From assembly GCF_046293095.1 (NCBI RefSeq), contig NZ_JBKBPN010000008.1, positions 10,162 to 74,161 of the forward strand: a DNA stretch of 64,000 bases, written 5' to 3'. A program made the translations under genes and the position numbers. Below are positions 58,648-64,000 of the stretch, one piece after another. The notes below the pieces were generated by a model. The model did no database searches. It saw nothing but the letters and a program-made list of their open reading frames with translations, and was not told where the DNA came from. Source of the stretch: Thermomonas sp. (GTDB taxonomy: Bacteria > Pseudomonadota > Gammaproteobacteria > Xanthomonadales > Xanthomonadaceae). How positions within the stretch are numbered: the first letter of the stretch is position 1; the number at the start of each line of letters is the position of its first letter.

Positions 58648-60441
58648 ATGCGAATCGACAAGCGCCTCGGGGCACTTACCGCACCCACCGACGCCCAGCG
58701 CTACTTCCTGTCTTGCTGGTTCAACCTGGTTCATGAGTACTCACTGGATTCCTATCGTGTCCGAGTCATGAACCCCGGGACCATGCTGCGCGAGATCCAG
58801 CGCGCCCTGACCTTCGCCGAAGCCAAGCCCGAGGACAAGGCCATGATCTTGGATGAGGCGCAGCAATTACTCGCGGCCGATCGTGTCCTCACCGTCGGGC
58901 CGTTTCCTCCGGTCATGGCACGTCTGAACGCCTTGCTGAACGGTGACAAGCTCAAGCTGGTCAGTGCCAGGGGCCCTGATGAACGGATGCTCGCTTACAC
59001 CGTCAATGAACTTCAGCCGCTCTTGGACCAGCAATACATCCCGATTGCTTTCAGCCAACTCGAGGATCTTCTGATCACCCAACCCGATCAAGGCCATGCG
59101 CCGGATCTGACGGTAGTGCACGGAATCACAGCGGCGCTTCTAAGCACGTTGCTTGACCGCAATTTTTCGCTTGAGTCACTTTATCGCATCTACGCCGAGG
59201 TACTCGTTCCGCGCAAGCCAGACCGGGTGTACCGCTTCGATCGTAAGCTTGGGCTAACACGCTTGCTGTTGACGCAACCTAGTCAGATATTCGACGTAAC
59301 CTTCGCGCTGGATCAGATCACCAAGCCTGAAGAAATCCCGGCAGCGCTAGGGCATCTGGCTATTTCCGACACACCGCCGTTTGCCCTGCACGTTAGGCAT
59401 GCCAAGACCAGCTACCTCACACCTTTGCCCAAGCGTCGTTTCGTTACCATTCGGGGGCTCTCAGCCGCCGACCGTAGGGCGGCGGGGTTACAGGCCTACG
59501 ATCAGCTCGCAAACGTCATCAACCTGCTTCGGTTCGAATACGAACAGGCTAGGTTGCAGATCCCAGGCCAGTTTGCGGTCCTGGATCTGTCGCGGCCCGA
59601 GCAAGGAGGCCGGGTCTACTACTTGCCTAGAGTTGTGCCCAATCCCACGTTGGCGCTCAATGGTAACGATGCGGCAGATTTTGTCGCCAGTGTGAACGAA
59701 CTTATCGGCGGTTCCCGCTTCAGCGATGAGGGTCGAGATCGGATTACCTCTGCATTTCGCCTTTACCGCCAGGGGCGCGATCAGGACACCATTGAGACCA
59801 AGTTGGTACATTGGTGGACCGCGCTGGAATACCTTGTGCGGGGCGGTCAGGCAGGCAGCGGCATTGGGAAATCGGTGGAATCGAGCTTGGCGCCCGTCAT
59901 TGGCCTGAGCTACGCCCCCAAGCTCCTCATCGTCGTACGCAACCTTCTTACGGACTTTGGCATCGGCTTGGTCGATGCCAACTGCCAACCACTGAATCTG
60001 CGCGCTTTGACCCTGGGCCAGCTATGGGACGTGTTCAAGGACCCGACTCAGCAGGCCGCCATTCATGCCGGTTTGGCCGCTGAGCCATTCCTGCAGATCC
60101 AAGTCCAGCAGTTCCTGAGTGAAGTCGCCACGCCCGCCACAATGCTCGAACGGCTGCGTAAGCATGATCAGCGGGTACGCTGGCAGATTCAGCGCCTCTG
60201 GCGGACCCGCTGTGACATCGTCCACAGCGCAGGGCGTGGAGCAAACCATCTATTACTCTGTTCGAACTTAGAGTACTACCTCAAGACGGCCTTGCATGGC
60301 GTCCTAGCCGCGCTGCGCTCGGTACCTACGTTGAGTGGTCCACTTGAGTACTTTGATCGGGAGGCCTATCGGTACGACTGCATAATCAAGGCTCTGGCTG
60401 CCGGAAATGATGCTGAGGTGCGGGCCAGCTTCCCGACTTAG
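58648..60441 (+). CDS. 597-aa hypothetical protein with C-terminal HEPN-like domain (Rx4H)
   Basis: Long ORF in a lower-GC segment. The C-terminal helical region has ...LVHWWTALEYLV... and RLWRTRCDIVHSAG, matching the h-[YW]-x-x-R-x-x-[IV]-V-H-[GS] pattern of HEPN RNase domains. I recognise no motif in the N-terminal ~380 aa. Confidence 0.75.
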   Translation: MRIDKRLGALTAPTDAQRYFLSCWFNLVHEYSLDSYRVRVMNPGTMLREIQRALTFAEAKPEDKAMILDEAQQLLAADRVLTVGPFPPVMARLNALLNGDKLKLVSARGPDERMLAYTVNELQPLLDQQYIPIAFSQLEDLLITQPDQGHAPDLTVVHGITAALLSTLLDRNFSLESLYRIYAEVLVPRKPDRVYRFDRKLGLTRLLLTQPSQIFDVTFALDQITKPEEIPAALGHLAISDTPPFALHVRHAKTSYLTPLPKRRFVTIRGLSAADRRAAGLQAYDQLANVINLLRFEYEQARLQIPGQFAVLDLSRPEQGGRVYYLPRVVPNPTLALNGNDAADFVASVNELIGGSRFSDEGRDRITSAFRLYRQGRDQDTIETKLVHWWTALEYLVRGGQAGSGIGKSVESSLAPVIGLSYAPKLLIVVRNLLTDFGIGLVDANCQPLNLRALTLGQLWDVFKDPTQQAAIHAGLAAEPFLQIQVQQFLSEVATPATMLERLRKHDQRVRWQIQRLWRTRCDIVHSAGRGANHLLLCSNLEYYLKTALHGVLAALRSVPTLSGPLEYFDREAYRYDCIIKALAAGNDAEVRASFPT

Positions 60442-60575
60442 CAGGCCTTGAACTTGCGCAAGTGCTGCGTCGCGTTCGAGCACACTTGATCAACAAACAC
60501 CGGCTCGGGTAACTGGGTACGCCGAGAGCTGGTGTGCAAGGAGATCAGATGGATTGATCAGGGGTAGGGATGAGC

Positions 60576-60595
60576 AGCTTCCGACCCAAAGTGGA
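60576..60595 (+). repeat. 20-mer junction repeat, copy 3 (GCTTCCGACCCAAAGTGGAC)
   Basis: 18/20 identity to copy 1. It lies in the gap between the HEPN-like gene and the HNH gene. Confidence 0.75.
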
Positions 60596-60713
60596 CATCG
60601 AATGCGGACTGTCGGGTGCGGACTGACCTACAGGTCGACGAACTGCTGTCATATGGCTGGAAGCCCGTCAGCGAAGCATGCACGGTCACTCCAATTGTCC
60701 GTGAACCGCTACC

Positions 60714-61628
60714 ATGGGTTCTGCACCCATCTTTAATCACCACAGGGCAATGGAAAGCGAGAAGGAAAGAATCGCCAAGTGGCGAGCCGAGAAGCAGCGC
60801 CGACGCAACGAGCAGAAGGCCCAAGCCGTCAAGCAGACCTATCGAACCTTGTTCGCAATTGACGACAACGAACTTATCGACCCCCCTGAATTTCAGGAAT
60901 ACCTTGTCCGGCAAAATCTGGCGAAGGGCAACCTCGCCCGACGGATGAGCAGCGGTGAGGTCCGGGTAGCGTTGAGGACTTGGAGCCTGGACGAGCTGAA
61001 TCAGCTGTGGAGCATGCGCCGAGAAAAGCTCACGTACCTTGAAGACGCGGCACTGCTGCTGTCCCACATCCGCCATCGGTCCGGAATTGACGCGCACCTG
61101 CATCCAGTTGGAGAGTTTCTTGGATACGAGGCCATCCAAGCCCTCCGAGGTGTGCTTGAAGATAGTGGGCGATTGGTGGTTTCGGAGCCGTATCCCCTAA
61201 CGGGGGAAGCCATAGTGGCTGAGGGCAAACGTGTGGAGCAAGTGCTCCGGGTCATCCGCGAGGGCCAATCAGAGTTCCGCAAGCGCTTAGTGGCTCACTA
61301 TGGAGCGGTATGCATGGTGACAGGGACCGCCCAAGCGGTCGTCATTGACGCTGCCCACATTGTCCCCTACAACGGGGCATCGACCAACACGCTGAGCAAC
61401 GGGCTGCTGCTGCGGAAGGATATCCACGCGTTGTTCGATGCGGGCTTGCTGGCGATAGGACCGGACTTGGTCGTCTACGTCGCCGCAAGAGTGGAGGATC
61501 CGCTCTACCGTTCCCTAGACGGCCAGGAACTGACGCTGTCAGCCGAACCCAAGATGTCGAAGGAAGCTCTGAGGCGGCGTCTTGCTGGTGAGGAATTATC
61601 CGAGCTTGGAGCGAGATCAACCCCTTAA
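60714..61628 (+). CDS. HNH endonuclease (HNH_2 / PF13391-like) with charged N-terminal extension
   Basis: GQSEFRKRLVAHYGAVCMVTGTAQAVVIDAAHIVPYNGASTNTLSNGLLLRKDIHALFDAGLLAI is the canonical HNH_2 core. The alternative start at ATG 60750 (MESEKERIAKW) is equally plausible. Confidence 0.8.
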   Translation: MGSAPIFNHHRAMESEKERIAKWRAEKQRRRNEQKAQAVKQTYRTLFAIDDNELIDPPEFQEYLVRQNLAKGNLARRMSSGEVRVALRTWSLDELNQLWSMRREKLTYLEDAALLLSHIRHRSGIDAHLHPVGEFLGYEAIQALRGVLEDSGRLVVSEPYPLTGEAIVAEGKRVEQVLRVIREGQSEFRKRLVAHYGAVCMVTGTAQAVVIDAAHIVPYNGASTNTLSNGLLLRKDIHALFDAGLLAIGPDLVVYVAARVEDPLYRSLDGQELTLSAEPKMSKEALRRRLAGEELSELGARSTP

Positions 61629-61749
61629 ACTTGCCCCACGTCTCTATCGTCAACCGCCTCAGGGGGACATTGTTGATGCGGGACGATCGCAAGGTCGAAA
61701 GCCAGACGGGTGCTGACTTCGACTTGTGGATCGCCAGCCGATGGGAAAA

Positions 61750-61810
61750 GGCTTCGTTTCGCCATTCAGCCGAGATCGCTTCGCGGCGCGGCTTAACTCA
61801 GGTGTTAGCC
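61750..61810 (+). repeat. integron attC site A (left half degenerate)
   Basis: The right two-thirds (CATTCAGCCGAGATCGCTTCGCGGCGCGGCTTAACTCAGGTGTTAGCC) match the attC family below, including the core GTTAGCC at 61804-61810. The inverse-core region reads GGCTTCGTTTCGC instead of GGCTAACAATT. Confidence 0.75.
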
Positions 61811-61826
61811 GTCAAAGGAGACTGTC

Positions 61827-62222
61827 TTGCTATCCGACGTTCTTGGCCTCGCTGGTGTTCTGATTGGTGTCGCTAGCCTCGGGTACGCCATTTGGCAGGG
61901 GTCCGAGAAGCGAAAGCTCGAAAGGCTCGTCCGGGCCCAGAATTGGCATCTGTACTCAAAAGCAACTAATGCCAATGGCTCGCTGCAACTTGCAGCAGAC
62001 AAGTACAAGTCTGCGCATGCCGGCGCACTTTCCCACGATGTTATTGAATGGCTTTCGAAGGCCGACGCGTTCAACCAAGACGTGCTCAAAGACATCGCTC
62101 GCTCAATTCAGTCGTCCGAGCGAAAATTCGGAGAAGAGCAGATAGTGAGCTGGGTCTCAACAGGAAAAATCAGTGAACATCATGCAAAAGAGATCTTCAG
62201 GAAGATCGCGGTTGACGGCTAA
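61827..62222 (+). CDS. cassette 1 ORF: 131-aa N-terminally membrane-anchored helical protein, unknown function
   Basis: TTG start 6 nt after AAGGAG. TM helix VLGLAGVLIGVASLGYAIW. The TAA stop lies inside the inverse core of attC B. Confidence 0.7.
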   Translation: MLSDVLGLAGVLIGVASLGYAIWQGSEKRKLERLVRAQNWHLYSKATNANGSLQLAADKYKSAHAGALSHDVIEWLSKADAFNQDVLKDIARSIQSSERKFGEEQIVSWVSTGKISEHHAKEIFRKIAVDG

Positions 62223-62276
62223 CAATTCATTCAAGCCGAAGCCGCTTCGCGGCGCGGCTTAACTCAGGTGTTAGGG
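62217..62276 (+). repeat. integron attC site B
   Basis: GGCTAACAATTCATTCAAGCCGAAGCCGCTTCGCGGCGCGGCTTAACTCAGGTGTTAGGG is 60 bp and almost identical to the aadA1-type/Xanthomonas-type 59-base element as I remember it. Confidence 0.9.
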
Positions 62277-62285
62277 CGCACCCAA

Positions 62286-63008
62286 ATGTCGAAATTCGAT
62301 CGCTACCCAATTAGCGTGCCACTATTCCTATACGGCTACGCAGTATTGTTGAGCGGTGCGTATTTGTACGCTTACTGGACTCCGATTGGCTTCGATCCCT
62401 TCCCGTACTTGACCGTACAACAGGTTCTGACAGCCCCACTCTCCAGCCTGATCACAGTCTTTGCGCCGTTTCTCATCATGTTGGCTGTGATTCCATTCGA
62501 CAAGAGCGACCTGCCTAAAGACAAAAAGTATCTTTGGTCAATTGTTGCCGCCCATCTGCTCTTTTATCTTGGCGGCATCATTCAATCGCTTTATCTCACA
62601 AACACCAATACGACTAGGGGCGCAGAAGACTCTCTTCTTGCCATCACTGGCATCTTGGCAATGGGTTCATTAGGCGTAATGCGCAGATTCATGCGAGAAC
62701 CCGAGCAGCTATTTTTCCCGCTACTCGCGGTAGCGTTCGCACAACTTGCTGTTGCTTTGACCTACGGTCACTTAGCAGGCAAAAAAATACTATCCGCAAA
62801 CACAATAGTGACCTATCAGATTAGAACGCTCACGCCAAGAACAGAAGTTTGTGGTGAGTCACCCGCCCACGGCTGGACGTACTATCAAACATTAGGCGAC
62901 CACACCTTCTACGTTGACAGATCATCCAAGAGTATCTGTATCTCGGATAGCCAAAACGTTGTCTTAGATCAGAATACTTTCAAGCCGCATAGCAAAAGTG
63001 CGCCCTAA
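62286..63008 (+). CDS. cassette 2 ORF: ~240-aa polytopic membrane protein, unknown function
   Basis: About 5-6 hydrophobic helices, then a ~70-aa C-terminal soluble segment with two Cys. ATG at 62286 was chosen, because the track start at 62268 lies inside the attC core. The TAA stop lies inside attC C. Confidence 0.7.
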   Translation: MSKFDRYPISVPLFLYGYAVLLSGAYLYAYWTPIGFDPFPYLTVQQVLTAPLSSLITVFAPFLIMLAVIPFDKSDLPKDKKYLWSIVAAHLLFYLGGIIQSLYLTNTNTTRGAEDSLLAITGILAMGSLGVMRRFMREPEQLFFPLLAVAFAQLAVALTYGHLAGKKILSANTIVTYQIRTLTPRTEVCGESPAHGWTYYQTLGDHTFYVDRSSKSICISDSQNVVLDQNTFKPHSKSAP

Positions 63009-63062
63009 CAATTCATTCAAGCCGACGCCCCTTCGCGGCGCAGCTTAACTCAGGTGTTAGGC
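63003..63062 (+). repeat. integron attC site C
   Basis: CCCTAACAATTCATTCAAGCCGACGCCCCTTCGCGGCGCAGCTTAACTCAGGTGTTAGGC, 60 bp. Confidence 0.9.
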
Positions 63063-63078
63063 CGCAGGAGACCATGCA

Positions 63079-63744
63079 ATGCAACCTGACCCGCTCCTAC
63101 AAGTGCTCGAAGCAATACAAACGAGAACTCGGGCTGAGCTAATTGCCGCCGGACTCTTGATTGCTTTAGCTACACTTGCCAGCTACTTTGGCGCTAGGCT
63201 GCGTAAGTCGGGTGAACTCAAAGAAATAGAGGCGAACTTCGGCAAGATTCTCACCCAACAGACCCAAATTGCTGAAGCAACCGGGAAAATCAAAGCTTCG
63301 CTGGAACAAGGCAATCTTCGCTATCAGATTCAACTTTCTGCTTATCAACAGAATGCGGTTCTAGCCATTGATGAGATCTACAACGCTTGCCTCATTCTTA
63401 GAGATTCAGCTATTGCTGTCTCCCATACCCGCGCCGGGCGTGAAGCTCTTTTTGAGAGCTCACGATCGTTCATTACCGTCTACGACAAAAAGAAAATCTG
63501 GCTGCCTGACGAGCTAAGCGAGCACATTAGACAGATCGCCAATGATCTTGACCTTCGTAGCAGACGTTTTATGCGTGCGCAAGACACGTTGGACAATGTT
63601 CAAACCGCACCCCAAACAGCCATTCAAAATGCTTGCGACGAGCAGGAATCCTTCTATGACTTCGTCAACCAAGAGATTCACATGCTGTTTGAACAACTCT
63701 CGTCAAGAATTCGGGCAATTGTCGAGCCAAAGCCTGCGGCCTAA
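63079..63744 (+). CDS. cassette 3 ORF: 221-aa membrane-anchored coiled-coil-like protein, unknown function
   Basis: AGGAGA lies 7 nt upstream of the ATG. TM helix LIAAGLLIALATLASYFGA, then a helical region. The TAA stop lies inside the inverse core of attC D. Confidence 0.7.
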   Translation: MQPDPLLQVLEAIQTRTRAELIAAGLLIALATLASYFGARLRKSGELKEIEANFGKILTQQTQIAEATGKIKASLEQGNLRYQIQLSAYQQNAVLAIDEIYNACLILRDSAIAVSHTRAGREALFESSRSFITVYDKKKIWLPDELSEHIRQIANDLDLRSRRFMRAQDTLDNVQTAPQTAIQNACDEQESFYDFVNQEIHMLFEQLSSRIRAIVEPKPAA

Positions 63745-63752
63745 CAATTCAT
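63739..63752 (+). repeat. integron attC site D, truncated after 14 bp
   Basis: GCCTAACAATTCAT matches the family. The sequence then diverges (ATATGGACTCC...), and no GTTRRRY core follows. Confidence 0.7.
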
Positions 63753-63786
63753 ATATGGACTCCTCCGTCAACCAGTAATTGCGCGA

Positions 63787-64000
63787 TGGATCCTGCGGTC
63801 GGGAAGCGGTGCGGTTGCATTCGTATATTCGGCCTTGCGGTGGGCGCATGCGCCCGGGCCATCATGGAAGTCGCGAAGCGGGTGCCTGTCGTTCAAGCGG
63901 CCTCGTGGGCCGGCATTGTTATCGGCGTGTTCCGCTTCGGGACCGAACCCTTCGCCATGAGCAAGATGTTTCCGGAAGTGCCTGATCGGGTGGAACGGTG
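63787..64000 (+). CDS. possible 5' part of an ORF running off the window end
   Basis: My own translation from ATG 63787 is MDPAVGKRCGCIRIFGLAVGACARAIMEVAKRVPVVQAASWAGIVIGVFRFGTEPFAMSKMFPEVPDRVER, open to the window end, with higher GC again. It is not in the supplied track and I recognise no family. Confidence 0.3.

Noticed and set aside
59851-59874. AGSGIGKS in the 597-aa protein matches the loose P-loop pattern [AG]-x4-G-K-[ST].
   Set aside because: It is an isolated match inside the predicted helical HEPN-like region. There is no Walker B or other NTPase motif nearby, so it is most likely chance.
60442-60713. A possible attC or cassette boundary between the HEPN-like and HNH genes, which would make both genes integron cassettes.
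   Set aside because: No RYYYAAC...GTTRRRY pair is present and there is no similarity to the attC family of the array. I see only a weak imperfect hairpin (CAAGTGCT...AGCACACTTG) and the 20-mer repeat.
61631-61876. An 81-aa ORF spanning the gap after the HNH gene.
   Set aside because: It reads straight through attC site A and into cassette 1 in a different frame from the well-supported cassette ORF. It has no RBS and no recognisable motif.
63779-63985. A 68-aa track ORF after the truncated attC.
   Set aside because: Its translation is Arg/Gly/Cys-rich and looks non-coding. The overlapping frame starting at ATG 63787 is open to the window end and looks more protein-like, so that one is reported instead, at low confidence.

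Overview
High-GC gammaproteobacterial chromosome segment. The copLAB arrangement and the attC family look Xanthomonadaceae-like; that is inference, not a search result. All product calls come from motifs I recognise in the supplied translations. No database was queried.

**Core region (1 to ~18.2 kb):**
- glmS 3' part
- a TetR-HlyD-permease-ATPase exporter operon with a near-perfect palindromic operator
- btuB behind a clear cobalamin riboswitch
- a TfoX-C-domain protein, a GAF protein and bioD
- an RND pump pair, a patatin/Omp85-type protein, a phasin and rppH
- the region ends at tRNA-Met(CAU), which is preceded by a half-copy of itself

**Accessory mosaic (tRNA to window end):** no integrase is visible anywhere in it.
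1. An orphan type I hsdR with no hsdM or hsdS.
2. A ~36 kb heavy-metal block:
   - two inverted MerR-regulator/CDF/small-protein modules
   - czcCBA
   - a czcD stub cut by an IS3-family element that also abuts a second IS remnant
   - merR-merT-merP-GDCCVxC without merA
   - a phosphoketolase / acetate kinase / beta-CASP / ABC1-kinase / CPH-type P-ATPase module
   - cusCBA
   - copL-copA-copB-(NTF2)-copG-copC-copD
3. A serine-hydrolase fragment.
4. A visibly lower-GC tail with a 597-aa protein carrying a C-terminal HEPN-like Rx4H motif, an HNH_2-type nuclease, and an integrase-less integron cassette array. The array has four attC sites and at least three cassettes encoding unknown membrane-anchored proteins.

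**Most interesting points:**
- **Cassette array:** its cassette-end complementarity shows these are genuine mobile cassettes.
- **Possible ancestral unit:** short direct repeats (a 20-mer and an 11-mer) bracket the metal block. Removing the block would place hsdR about 57 nt upstream of the HEPN-like gene. This suggests an hsdR-HEPN-HNH unit that may be an uncharacterised defence module.
- **Mercury module:** it keeps uptake genes but has no reductase.
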